Assembly (NCBI GenBank): GCA_028534125.1
Contig: CM052817.1
Span: forward strand, 19,222,001 to 19,286,000
Direction of reading: 5' to 3'
Source of the DNA: Lama glama
Taxonomy: Eukaryota
DNA: 64,000 bases
Positions 1-13,348 of the stretch are shown piece after piece. Made by a program: the position numbers and the translations under genes. The notes below the pieces were generated by a model. That model worked only from the letters and a program-made list of their open reading frames with translations, did not search any database and was not told the origin of the DNA. Each line of letters begins with the position of its first letter. The stretch's first letter is position 1.

Positions 1-1665
1 TCTGTTGAAGTCAGCTGATAGCTTTATAGCCTTATGTGTTCCCTTGTACATAAATTGTTCCTTTTCCCTGGCTACTTTTAATATTCTCTCTTTAAGTTTT
101 TGCCACTTTAATGACAGTGTGTCTTGGTGTGGTCTTTGAGTTGGTCCTGTTTGGGGCTCTGTGCTTCATGGACCTGGATGTCCGTTTCCTTCCCCAGGTT
201 TAGGAAGTTCTCAGCTATTACGTCTTCAATTATGGTCTCTGCCCCTTCTCTTTCTGTTTTCTCTTTCTAGGACCCCTATAATGTGAATGTTAACGTGCTT
301 GATGTTTTCCTAGAGGACTCTTAAACTGTCCTAATTTTTTCATTCTTTTTTCTTTTTCCTGTTCACCTTGGGTGATTTCTACTACTTTGTCTTCCAGCAC
401 ATTGACCTGTTCCTCTGTGTCATTTAATCTACTGTTGATTGTTTCTGGTGTATTTTTAAGTTCAGTTACTGTATTCTTCATCTCTGGTTTTTCTTTGTAT
501 TTTCTACCTGTTTGTTAAAGTTCTCACTGTGTTTGTACATTCTTCTTTTGAATTCTTTGAGCATCTTTCTGATCATTGCCTTGAACTCGATGTAGGGTAA
601 GATACCTATCTCAACTTCATTTCATTCTTCTACGGTTTTATTTTGATCCTTCATTTGGAAGATTTTCTTCTGCCACCTCATTTTTCATAATTTGCCGTTT
701 TCATTTCTATATGTCTTGTAGGTTGGTTACGTTTCCTGACCTCATTGAAGTGTCCTTCTGTAGAAGATATGCTGTGCATCCCAGCAGCACACTCCCTCTG
801 GCCATCAAATCTATATGCTCCAGGGGTGCCCCCGTTTGGGCTGTGTGTGGTGGAGGGTTAGTTATGTGGGCAGCCTGGTGGGCGTGGCTGGCCCCTGGTC
901 TGGTTGGTTGCCAGGCCCTGCCTTGTGCATAGAATGGCAGCTGCTGGTTGGCGGGGCCAGTTCTGAGTGACTGAGATCAGGGGATTGAGGATGTAGTGTC
1001 AGTCTTCTGTGGGCCAGTTTCCATGGATCCCAGGGTGTCCCAAAGCTGGCTTTGGCCTCCTGGTGAGGGGTTGGAGCCTAGGGGTCCAAGGTGTGTCCAA
1101 GCTGGTACTGGCCTGCTGGCTTATGGGGCTGGGGCCCAGGGAGTCCAGAGGCTAGTGCTGGCTCACTAGTGGGTGAAACTTGGTTCCTGGGTCCCTGGTT
1201 TCAGGGCCCTGGGGGTCCCAGAGTTGATGCTGGTCTGCTCATGGTTGGGCTGGATCCTGGTATGGGAGGTCACAGGGCTATGGTGGTCCCTGAGCTGGTG
1301 TCTGCCCACTGGTGGGCAGGGCTGGGGCCCAGGGGATCCCAGGGCTGATTCTGGAGGCTTATCTTCCCAGTACTGAACCCCCAAGCTGGGGAACCCAATG
1401 TGGGGCTCAGAAAATTTACTCCTTGGAGAAAACTTCTGCAATTGTAATTATCCTGCCACTTGTGGGTCACCCACTACGGGTACAGTTCTTGACTATAACA
1501 TGTCTCCACCTTCTCACCTGTCCTTTGTATCTTTAGTTGTAGGCAACTTTTTCTGTTAGTTTTCAAGTTTTTCTCAACAATAGTTGCTCCAGAAATAGTT
1601 GCAATTTTGGTGTGTTTGTCGAAGGAGGTGAGCTCAGGGTCTACTTCCTGGGCCATCTTGCTCAT
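1..1665 (-). mobile_element. Older LINE-1: 5'UTR (~682-1665) plus disrupted ORF1, continuing off the left edge
   Basis: Minus strand starts ...gagcaagatggcccaggaagtag, a typical L1 5' end, followed by a GC-rich UTR with degenerate ~60 bp units. ORF1 ATG is at 681 (MRWQKKIFQMKDQNK...). The coiled-coil fragment MKNTVTELKNTPETINSRLNDTEEQVNVLEDK lies at 290-481. Stops and frameshifts are present. Confidence 0.9.
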
Positions 1666-1719
1666 TTTCTCGTTAATATTTTAGATGTATTTTGTTTTTT
1701 AATCTTTCGGGCACTTGAA

Positions 1720-1930
1720 GTTTTCCTAACAACATGGTATGTGCCAGATATGGTATAATTATTTTATATTACTTATCCTTTTAATGTAATTCTTACAATG
1801 GCCTTCTGAGATAGGCATTATTTGCTATGTGTTTATAGCTCAAATTGAGATGTGACGTCATAGTCAGCATTTAAGTGCAACTTTGCATGATATCAAATTC
1901 TGTTGTTGTCCCTGCTCTAAAAAGCCTCCT
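1720..1930 (-). mobile_element. MIR SINE fragment
   Basis: tatgtgccagatatggta...taattcttacaatggccttctgagataggcattatt resembles the reverse MIR core. Confidence 0.55.
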
Positions 1931-4900
1931 TTTTATGTGTATGTAAATCAAATATCCACGCTGGCCTTAAGGGTTCCGGAGATCCCTGAGAAACTTATAC
2001 ATACAGTTATCTATGCCTCAGACAGTTACCATTGTCTGTCAATAAATCTTCTAGGCTCTCCGAAACATAAACATCAATAGTAATTTTCGACTGTAATTTA
2101 ATGGTAATACTAATCCTATTTTGTTTCACTAGGAGAAATTTTTGAAGTTAACATTAAGTTATTGTCTGAGGGGGGAAAAAACACACTGTGCTCCTGACAC
2201 ATGAACTAGCAGCAGTGTACGCAGCGCGCATTTGTAACTGACAGTGCCTATGGCTCCATTTAGGTCTGATTCATCAGTCATGTCATCTTCTGAAAGTACT
2301 AGAAATAGCGGCAAAGCTGGAGTGCCTTTTGAGATGTCCTTTTACACTTCCATAAGGTTATAGTACATCCATTAATACGGATGACAAAGGGAATGTCATC
2401 TGAGTTGAGTGAATGGATGCCAAGGCACTAAAAGCCCCATTGTCTCGGGTGAAGGGGCAAATGTGCAGCCTTGGGAAATGGAAATTTCCAGTTCCCTCTC
2501 TTATGTGGTCACACATGATGCACATTGTCCTTGCAGATTTGTGAGAAAGATGGTCATCAACCACCAAATAACATGACATATGTATCTAGACCTTGAAGTT
2601 AGCCCATATCAGTCTTCATCTGTTCCCAGCTGATGGGCTCTCTCTTATAATAAATGTCAGTTGCCTAGAAGTGTGAAGCCACAGTGGGTTTCCAGGGCCA
2701 AAACAGGCCCCAAATAAGGTCATGCTTAGAAGAACACAGGAAACGTGTCAGAATTTTGTATGTGACATTTTAGCAGAATTGGTTGATTGGAAATGGTGTG
2801 CTGGTGAAGAGTCACATTAGAGTCAAACCACCTCTCCCATAACAAGAATAGAAGTAAAACTGAGAAAACATTGGACATTTGATGTCAGTGAACATCAAAT
2901 AATCTCTAGTAATAAATAATCTCTAAAGCAGTTAGAAGTAGAAATACATGAAATACGCAGAGATGTTGAAGGAGAAATATACTGAATATTTGTAGCCTCC
3001 ATTTTCTGGGTAAAAGCCCACTGAGCTAAGGGAAGACTTTGGAAACCTAAGCGTGTGTTTTACTAGAGCAGTTTTTCTCTAAGATACTTCATGGCTCATC
3101 TTTGGAGCTCAGAATTCAGGGCCCACTTCAGATTTGACGACTCTGAATTGTTAGGAATGAAGGCTGGAAATCTTGATTTGAAGTAAGCTCATAGTTCATT
3201 CTCACTGAGATCCCTGGAGATAAACCAACAATTGGCTGGATGGTTCTCAGTCTCTTCTTGGTTCAATCATTCCTTCTGCCCCCACTTTCTTCTTCTGCCC
3301 TAGAACTCACCCTCTCCCTAATTCGACAGTATTCATAAAAAGAGAAGTCGATGTATTCTTCTACAGGAATATTAAGCTTTTATTTTCTTATCTGTAAAAT
3401 GGTTATCATGATACATATCCCAGCTGGTGCCATTGTAAGGTTGATTCTTCCACATAAGGTACTCTGAATTGAATCTACTATGTTAATTTTATTGATGAAT
3501 TCCCAGATTATTCTAATTTAGTTTGCACTGACAGAGAGCAGTGAAATTAACTGTATGTTTTTTTTTTTTTACATCTAAAGTCCCTGGTTTGTGATAGCTC
3601 TAACTGTGTAAGTAAATTTTCCAAGGAGCACTAGGTGCTATGTGCATATGTCAGAAAATATCTATGAATAATATTAAGTGATTAGGGAATTAGAAGTAGC
3701 AGCTTTACATTATTGAAAGAAAACATTATTTTTTAAGAAAATCAGTTTGGTCTTTGGTCAAATGACCCGCTCTGTATTTTGCCAGTCACTCATGGTGCAA
3801 GCATTTTTAAATAGATTTCTGCTACAAATGTCTCTCAAACATGCTAGCTATGCATAGAAGGAGTACTCCACCTTTTGATTCAAAAATCAATGCACCTTAC
3901 CATGGTTTCACTGATAGAACATCTTCCATGGTAATCTGAACTGATTTTTACGGAGATATGACAACCGAGCATTTTAACAGAGCAGAGAAATACTCCATGA
4001 GACATACTGCTTCATTTAGCATTTACATTTGGTTAGCACTTTGCATCTATTAAGAGCATGGCAATCATTTCTATTAGTTAACAGTGAGTAAAGTCAATAT
4101 TGTTTCTCACACTTTTCAAAGAAAATATTTAAGTGCAGACAAATGAAGTGATTTTAGCCATGCAAGTAAGAAAGTGGTGATTTGTGAGTTCCAATGTCCG
4201 CTTAAAGATACTGTTAGATTATTACTCTCACTTAAATTACCAACCCAGTATTTGCTCTTTCTCTCAAGAGAGTGAGGAAAAAATGCCCAAAGATCACAAT
4301 GACTGCCCTCTTTTTATAAGCCTATATCTATTTAGAGAGAAATAAAATTTAAAAACTAGAACCAAAACTACTAAATATGCTATCATCGTATCTTCTTTAA
4401 ATCCTTTCTCTCTTACCATATATATATTTCATGTCTAAGATGTTCTAGCTTCGGTAGGAAATTAAGAAGTACAAAGAGAAGTAATTGACTGAATTGTAGA
4501 CTAAATTGTGATACTGTTAGATGTACAGTTGAAGCTTTTAGTACTTATAGTTATTTCATTTCACTCTAAATTTTAGCAAAATCTTCTTTCTAAATAAAAT
4601 TTCAAAAATTTGCTCTTAATAAGAAGTGAGAAAGTGGTTAGTCCAAATTTGGTTTTGGTGGAGGACCATATAATCAAGTATAGAATTTCAAGCAAAAACA
4701 AGAATCTCAACAAATATTTCCTGATTTAAAAAATTAATTAATTTAGTATAATGTAAGATAGCTATAGAGCTTAGCAGCAATAAGCATTACAAATGTTATC
4801 AAAACTCAGAAGCAGAATTTCTAGAACTATTTAATGTGATGCTAGTATAGCCTTCTCTAATTTACTTTAAATTATTTAAAGTCACATATACTTTGAGCAT

Positions 4901-4970
4901 TTACTATGCTGACAGTCAAAAAATATATAGGCAACAGATAAGTAAAATTATAGTTAAAAATGAATTAGTA

Positions 4971-5094
4971 AAAGAATGTGACAATGAATATATGTATGTT
5001 CATGTACAACTGAAAAATTGTGCTGTACACTGAAAATTGACACATTATAAGCTGACTATAACTCAATAAATAAAAATTACAAAAAAAATAAAAG
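4971..5094 (+). mobile_element. 5'-truncated young L1 3' end (type A tail)
   Basis: gaatgtgacaatgaatatatgtatgttcatgtacaactgaaaaattgtgctgtacactg...actcaataaa plus an A-rich tail; nearly the same as the 3' end of the 36387-39254 element. Confidence 0.9.
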
Positions 5095-5529
5095 GTAGAA
5101 ACCACTTAACCATCTCAATAGAAAAAAATGAGTTAAGTAACTTAATGTATGTAAAAGCATATTGGAAACAGCCTTTTTATATATAATCATGTTTATCTTT
5201 TCTCACATTCTTAATTATTTAAGTATCTGCTGTTTGTCTTGCAAGCATATGGCTTACACTTTGGGGCACCAGGAATACTGAAATGAGAATCTGTATATAG
5301 AAATGGTGTGGTTCAGAAAAAGCAAGAAATCCTTAAAAGTCAAATTATCCCCATAATTTTCATTTTAGTCTACATTATTCCCCTTTTCCGTGATACCTTG
5401 ATTTGATCTTCCAAGATGTACAAGCTAGTAATCTCTCTTCCCACTTTGACATGTCCCAGAAAAACTTTGCAGTAGAATAGGAAAAAGGGGTAAATAAAAC
5501 TGAAAGCTTCTCGCTGCTCTCATAGAATA

Positions 5530-5645
5530 AGCAAATGACCTTAGGCAAACCAATTAATGCACTGGAATTTCCATTTCCCCATCTTCAATATAGAAATAAT
5601 GACATGGTGCCTCAAGGAAGGTTGTAATAAAGTTAATAGAAATTT
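5530..5645 (+). mobile_element. MIR SINE fragment
   Basis: atgaccttaggcaaaccaattaa...tttccccatcttcaatatagaaataat matches the MIR core pattern. Confidence 0.6.
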
Positions 5646-6019
5646 AGAAATGGTCTAATATCCAAGGTCCGTATCTGACATCAAAGAAAATAAATGGCAG
5701 ACAGCTTGATGTCATGGAATCCATTGGGTTTTGAACTGTGGATTTTAAGATATCTACCTTTTCTGGTATTTCGTTTTTTCTTCAAGAGGAGTTAAGTTAC
5801 TTTTAAAAAGTCTATAATATATGTGTTCTTACCAAGCTTTATTTTCTTACTGTCACCAAAGCTATCAAAGATTTATAAAATCCTCACTGCTCAAGGCCAA
5901 TCTATTGACTTGGTGTCAACTCTACTTCTATTTAGAGATAAGACTGAAAAAAAAAAAAGAAGAAGAAGCAAAAGAATAAAAAACAAACAAAAATGAATTT
6001 TATGTTCAATTTTATGTTA

Positions 6020-6480
6020 AGTAAAAAAGAAGCTACTGAATGTCTTTAAGCAGGAAAATGGTATAATCAGATTTCTGTGTATACTTGGAGACAAAATTGC
6101 AAAGGAACAGGAGTAAAGAGTCAGAAGAATGTTGCCTTGACCACATGAAAGATAATAGTGACTTGATCTAGGCCATTGTCAGAGAACCTGGAGAGTTGGA
6201 AATAATAATTAAAGGATAGGGAAGAGGTTGATTGAATAGTACTTAATGAGCAGTTGTCTATGGGAAGTAAAGACGAGGAAAGAGTCAAGAATAATGCTCA
6301 GGTTTTTGGTGTGGGTCACTGGTAGTACTTTTCATGGAGTAGGGGGCCAAAGGAAGATCAATTTGGAAGGAGGTATAGTTAATACATTCCATTTTGAATT
6401 TGTATATGTTGAGGTGCCCATGGAATAGCAAGTGGACTTTTCCAGGATAGGTGTCTATATCTGAATATATATGTCTGAAA
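6020..6480 (-). mobile_element. L2 LINE fragment
   Basis: Purine-rich L2 antisense motifs such as gagtcaagaataatgctcaggtttttgg and ttttgaatttgtatatgttgaggtgcccatgg. Confidence 0.7.
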
Positions 6481-7164
6481 ATGGCAAATATCTTCAGCCT
6501 CAAAGGTGAAGGGAACCATTCAAAATTTTCATCGTCTATTATGGATGAGCCTTGATTAAGGTGTTGGTTGCCTCATAATAGAAAAGCAAAATATGAATAT
6601 GGACTTTACTCTTACCAATTCTACCAAATCACCCTGGATTAAAGTGTACAGTGAGAGAATAAGACTGGTAGCAGAGTTATTGGCAGGACAAAACTGATAC
6701 TACCAGGAAAAAAACAATAGAAAGTTGCCTACCACATATTCTTTCTACTTTGTATATTTTCTACTTTCTGTCTGAATTCAAAGTAATTATCTCATTATTT
6801 CTTTAGGTTTAAAGTTCAGAGATTCTGTTAGCTTACTACTTTTTAAAAATTACTCCTCATTCATTCTTTCCTTTTTTTTTTTTTTTGTCCAAACAAGCAT
6901 TGTGTTGAGTACATCTGAGTTTCATTTTAGGTGTTCTTCTGGGTGCTGAGGACACAACTGTGATGAACACATTCTCTGAAGTCAGAATATACATAGTTCT
7001 TCCTCTGTTGAAATTACATAATCTGTTGTATTTTTTCCTATCATCATAGGGATTTTGGTAGCAGAAAAATATTCATCATATCCAAGTGATGTTTAAATAA
7101 CAGGAGTGATGACAGTGGAGCAGACAGTTCTGAAGGACAAGGGGAGCTCTGAGATAGCCATTAC

Positions 7165-7481
7165 TGCTACTCAGCCTTAGTTTTGATTCTCCCCCTGCCG
7201 GGCAGGCACATGGCAAGACTGATGCTCCTCTCTTCTCCTAAAGTGAGGCACAATTATGTGATTTGAGTTGGCCAACAAATGAGGCCTTTAAGTTTCATCC
7301 TCTGTTGGCAGTAGTCCAGATATAAGGCGACTCCATATGGGATCCCAAAGGAAAATATGAAGACTCCTCTGCTTACTCAAGATATGTGGCATGTGAAAAA
7401 TATGCCTTTTCTGCTTTAAACTGCTAAGATCGTGGGGGCTGTTTGCTGTAGTCACACACGCTAGTCCATCCTGGTCGATAC
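7165..7481 (+). mobile_element. MaLR LTR (MLT1-type)
   Basis: 3' end tttaaactgctaagatcgtgggggctgtttgctgtagtcacacacgctagtccatcctggtcgatac is the characteristic MLT1 terminus. Confidence 0.65.
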
Positions 7482-8454
7482 GGGAGCCAAACTACAAATA
7501 CCAATGATAAAATTCAACTAACAAACCAACTTTTATTTTATAGTTTTGGATAGTGATTGCTCTGTTTATGATATGAGTAATGGGGAGGCACAAATAAGAT
7601 GAAGGGGGGATAAGGGTGGAAATTTTTCTGCTTCTTGTATACTGTCACATTGATGATTGACTTTAAAGAAGTGCAGTTTCTCTGTAGCCATCATGTATTG
7701 AGCTGACAAGATTCCAGTCTGCTTGTGACAAAATGGAGACTTGAGGAATACCGAACTCAAATGTTTGCAGACTCATTTGATTAATGCTCTCCAGAGACTG
7801 AACTTCACTGAAGAATAAGTTTCAGGGCTTTTTTGCTGATTAGTTATTTGAAGAATTATAAAAGGAAAAGATAGTAGTTGGTGGGAATATTTTTTGCACA
7901 GTTTTATTCAATGGATACAACATGTGTTGACAAACAAGACATTATACTCATTCGTATCTCACAGACTTGAAGGTTTGAATATCAAATGTTTGATACTTTC
8001 ACTGTGGTATCTTGACAGTTCTGTGTTTGACTCTGGGATAAGCTATCAGTCAATAATCTCTTGAGAACTGAATATTAGAGAAAGCTAAGTGTTTATTTCA
8101 TCAGCTTTTTGATACATATAATAGTTTCTGTTTCAACCTGCAGGCCAATTCATCTCAAAGTGCTTGGCACATGTAATAAGAAAAGAATATCCTTAATAAT
8201 GAGTGATGGCAGAGCTAATTTAAAAGGAGCAGTGAGTACAGAAATATTAAAACTTTAATCATTAACTTTTAACCAGGGCAATGTGGAGCAACTCAGTGAT
8301 GTGTTATCTTTTCATTTTCTACACTGTCTGACAGCACATCTTTGATGGTTAAAATCAAGGTGAGAGGAGTGAGAATAAGAGGCCTGGATGATCCATTAGA
8401 ATAGTTGATGAGAAGTTCAGTCTTATTTTATAAAATGTTAAACTCTTCTAGACC

Positions 8455-8607
8455 AGTGATTCTCAACGATAGATGACTTTTCTCCCAAGGGACATTTGAC
8501 AATCTGGAGACATTCTTAGCTGTGGCTACCGGGAGGTTAGGATGGGTGCTACTGGCACCTAGAGTGTAGCCCAGTGTGACCATAATGTCAACACTGAGAA
8601 ATCCAGT
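8455..8607 (+). mobile_element. MER20-like hAT-Charlie DNA transposon, internally deleted
   Basis: cagtgattctcaac...gggacatttgacaatctggagacatt...gtgctactggcacctagag...tgagaaatc. Confidence 0.75.
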
Positions 8608-9339
8608 TCTAGGTCAGCCTCCTCACTTTACAGAGACTATATCCAAGACTTGTGCATCCATACTAAAATACTTAACTGAATGCCCAGTTATCCAAGGTCT
8701 TGTGCTGAGTATATGGACTGAAAAAATAAACCAAAACAGTCAAAATCCTGCCTTCAGGATGTTTTGGGTTAGAGGATGAGGGAAGAGGTGTTGTGACCCA
8801 TAGAAATCCTTTTAGCAGAAACATTAAGTAAAAATATCTGAAATTTTTGAAGCCTAAAATTATCCTGTGTTCATGCTTGTATCCGCTTCTTACTCCCCAA
8901 GCCCTGACATCCAGTAGCCTAATAAAGGTTAAGTAAAGAAATAAACCAAAGAAACTCATTATCATGCATCAAAACAAAAACCCTAAAGTTCTATTATTCA
9001 ATTACTATTTTATAGAACAATAATGGATTCTAAGCACATTTCTAAATTTTAGACATACTGAATTTAATAAAAGAGGCAAAGATCTTTCCTCTCATGGAAC
9101 TGATATTTTAGAAAGAGGAGGTATAAAAACCAAATAACTAAGTAAGTTATATAATATTTAAGGCCCTTGGCAAGATGAATAAGAGCTGAAGAGGAAAAAA
9201 GTGGTTATTTGCCTAGACAATTGATTTGTAGTAAACAGTCCCACTAAAAATTACCTGGAATATCCATGACAATTATCAGGACAACTTTTCTGCTAAATAA
9301 AATATTTAAGCTTAAGATAGAGAAAAATGAAGAATGATG

Positions 9340-10100
9340 TAAGGTGTTCTAGGGGTAGAAACAGAGTTAAACTGTAAAAGAGTGTGGTTGGGAGATAACT
9401 CACTGGAAAGGTGATAGCCAGGCAAAAGCCAGAGGAGAAGAGGCAGTGAACTATGTAGATTCAAGGCCAGTGGGTTGAGGTGTGGGTGCTGATGTTCTAA
9501 GGACAAGGAATGATGAAAGGCATACAAATGAGCTAATATTCCTGCAGTAAAATAAAGAGAAACAGAATAGGAAATAGTTTCTTAGAGATTAAAGACTGGG
9601 GGATTTGGAGGTGAAGTTAGACTCTTCCAGCTCATGGTGAAGTCTTCAGTTTTCACCCAGACTAACATGGGGAGCCATCGGCAGGTGTCAGTGGTGGAGG
9701 GAAGGATCTGACTCACCTATGACAGAGTCACTCTGACTGCTGTGTTGAGACAGTCTGAGGTGGTGGGGATGGAAAAGGGGGAGTGGAGGGCCAGAGGGGA
9801 CCAGCTGGGTGGTTATCTCCGTAATCCCAGTGGCTGATGATGGTGACCTGGACCATAGTGGGAGATCTTGAGAAATGTTCATTTTCTGCATACATTTTGA
9901 CCATTATGAAGATAAAGCTAAGGGAATCTGCAAGTGGATGGAATGTGAAGTATAAGAGAAAGAGAGGATCATGGGTGACTAACGATTTGGTCATGAACAA
10001 TTAGGGGTTTGAAGTTTCCATTTACTGAGATGGTAAAGATTATTGGAGAAGCAGGTTGAGCTGGGGTTAGGAGGGTAATATCAGAAGCTCAGATTCAAAA
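9340..10100 (-). mobile_element. L2 LINE (L2a-like) fragment
   Basis: tggcaggtg-like/gatctgactcac, gatggtgacctggaccatagtg and ccatttactgagatggtaaagattattggagaagcaggtt are L2 antisense motifs. Confidence 0.75.
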
Positions 10101-13100
10101 AGTCATTGGTCTTAGGTTATTTACCTAAAAGGAAACTATATAACTTGAAAGTCATCTGAAAAAAGGTTGAACATATAAACAGGCAGGCTTCTCACAGCAA
10201 GTATCTAAAATGTGTCTGTGTCATAATTCTACCTTTATCTTTTACTCCTTTGAACCCAACTGTCTCTTTTGAATTCTTTACCAAATAGACTGATTCTCAC
10301 ATATTATATTTCTGATTGTGCCTTTCTGCTTCTCTGAGAATGGAGTTCTGGCACAGGTTTCTTACAACATAATCACTTCCAGTTTCACCACATAACAAGG
10401 TTATACATACTGATTAAACTGTGACCACAGAGCTTCACAAGCCCTGACAATGCATGTAGCCCTGGAGTCCACCAATTTTGGTGCAAAATAATCTGACAGC
10501 TGGAATACTGTATATCTGTAAAGATACAAAGAATTAGAAACATCTTTTTTCTCAATATCTGAAAACATGTCTAATAGCAAAAGTAATTATTTCATAAGTT
10601 TAGAAATGTCTGTTAATTAAAAGAAACATACTATTATGCAGATAAGTAATGATATAAATGGAATACAAACAGTTTATGGTTATGTACTACTTAGAAAAGA
10701 GTTCTACCAAAAAGCCATTTTTTACTTTTCTTTCCCACCATGTCTGAGCTTAAGTATGGTCTGTATTTTCGTTTGTTTGGTTTTAGTTTTTGCCTCGTGT
10801 TTGCCTTGTTTTTTGCTTTTCTTTTGTCAGGGCTACACGGATGCTCAGGAAAACTGTAGTTTAAGAAGAGATCCTTAAGTACTTTGAGTTTGTCTTCATC
10901 TACAGAAATACGTAAAATGAGTCTCTGTCTTGTCACTTCTATTTTGCTTATTGGTCTTTATGTTTTACGTGATGTTTAGGGTTAATGGATTTGTGCACCA
11001 TTTGTACAACTGCCACGCAGTGTCTGCAGTCTCTTTTGCTGAGCCTTCTAAAAGCAACATTTCTCCTCTTTGTAGTATCCTTTGTCCAATTCTCTGGGTG
11101 TAACTGCACTTCCCAATTCACCTTTTCAGAATGAATGAGGATGGAAAAGGAAGGGGAATTAGCTTGGCATATAGACCTCACAAACTTTAAAGGATACAAA
11201 TTCTCCACCTGCAGACTGTAGAGTTAAAGTATACTATCTTGCATGCTTTGTTGACTTATTGATTCACTCTGTTCTATTTCTCAATCTCTTGTCTCACAAG
11301 CATAAAGCTGACCTGTGTATTAGAACCTTAATGACAGTTAGACCCTCATGAAGAAATATGCAGAGAGCAGATGAGATTTCCTAGAGGTTTACTGTGGGAA
11401 AATACGCATCAGAAGCAGCTCGGGGACGCATATTACATACCACAGTGTAGTTTTAAAAGCATCTTAGAAACCACAGCATTATGCCTTGACATTTCAGGTC
11501 AATATGAGTTTTCTTCTGAGTGCCTGGACCTGCTAAGATCTCACAGAGACCCAGGTTTGCATCCCTTGGTAGAGAAGGAGACAGACTTGGGGAAATTTGC
11601 AGGGTGGTAAAGATTCTACGAAGTATGAACCTACCTTAGCACTAAGATGGGGGAACCCTAAAGCACTTCAGATTATTTTTCATCGACTCTCATGTAAAGG
11701 GAAGTCTGTGTGAGTACTGTCCCTGCAGGGTAGTACATTTATTTTTTAGGAAATATGTTCAGTAATACATTGGGGTTATAAAGCCACTTCCTCAGCACGT
11801 CTGGCTGATGAATCTTCACATTTACAGCTGTGTCTGTTACTGAGTGTAATGGAGAATCAGGAATGAGGCAGAGAGAGAGCAAAAGAGAAATTCAGAGACA
11901 TGGAAACAACATAGTGGGAAATTTCTATGAAAGAAATAGTACATGGGTTTTAAGGAGGCAGTAAGTTTGCTTACAATCTTTACACACTCTGAAGCGCCCA
12001 GTCATACTCTGACAACAGATTAGAGGCTGAGATTTCTCCTGACAAGGCCAAATCCTCACTGGTATTATTGTATACTCTGTTTAGAGCTTTGGGGAATCTA
12101 ACAGTGTGACAGTGACACAGTAAATGACAGTGAGTGGAAATCAGGACCCTTTGCTTGGTAGATCGGTCCACATACTTGAGCATCTGGGAGTATCAGACCA
12201 CTTCACCAGATTTTACAATCAGAGTACAGGTGGTGTAAGAATTAAATTCAATTTTTACTCTAAAGCTGAGATGAGTCGTAAAGAATCCATCATAGTTAAC
12301 AGTAAGAAAATAAAACCAAAGTATGAAAGCTTGACAATTTCCAACAAAACCAAATCAAAGAAAAAGAAAAACCTGCAAGAGCAGTGGAAGATTGTGGGTC
12401 AACATAGCACTGTTGATCATAGGGCTTCTTCAGACTGGTGATGCTGATTAAAGTCCACTAGTAGGTACTGATGATACAGATTTGGAATATATAAAGTTGG
12501 AAAAAAATGAGCACTGGCTGAGGAAGAGAGACGGTTCATTAACAAGCTCTAAAAAAATGTAAAAAAATTAATTTTGACTATTAGATTGTTCTATCTGATG
12601 CTAATGTGCAGCAAAATAAATATCCGTATTCCTCATATGTAGAAACCTGATAATAGTTTGAGAAGACAGAATACGGCAGGGGTGATAAATATATTTAACA
12701 TGATTATGTTAAATTTCCACTAAAGATGCCTCAATTTTAGAAACTGGAACTTACCCCTGTGCTTTTGGGTCTCAGTATATACATTCTATAGTAAACCTAT
12801 TCTTTAGAACTGAAACAGTTCCAATCCAGTCATGTTATAGATCCTTTTATATCTTCAGCAATGGATCCAGCACCCTTAAAATCCAGGAAAACATTATTTT
12901 GAGCCCCAAATCATATATCTCCTAATCTGCCAGTAGCTAGCGCACATGGCGCTTGGCACACTGCAGTCACACAGCGTATTTCCAACATGCAAAATGCACA
13001 TATGCTTAATGATGTGTGATGTTCATAGCACTCACATTGACCATGTGGTGAAACTAGTCTGCATGTCAGTGTTAACATTACCAAACTACTTCTTGTATTT

Positions 13101-13300
13101 ACTTGGAACACTGTATAAAATAACAATGCCACTTACGTAAATATTCATTCCTAACTTCAACTCATGACATAGTTAACCCAGCCAGTTAGTCAAATTAAAA
13201 ATTTCAGTACTCACATCAAGAATTAGGTATGAATATAGTTTTTAGCATTTATGATAGCTTTAATCAAATTATGTTTAAAATATTTTTATATGCTGTTTTT

Positions 13301-13317
13301 ACTACTACTATTATTAC

Positions 13318-13348
<31 letters not shown>
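13301..13348. repeat. (TAC)n(TAT)n microsatellite
   Basis: Directly visible trinucleotide run. Confidence 0.95.

Noticed and set aside
711..1665. Short ORFs and G-rich ~60 bp quasi-repeats that might suggest an array
   Set aside because: These are degenerate tandem units of an L1 5'UTR; there is no constant repeat/unique spacer structure, so it is not CRISPR-like.
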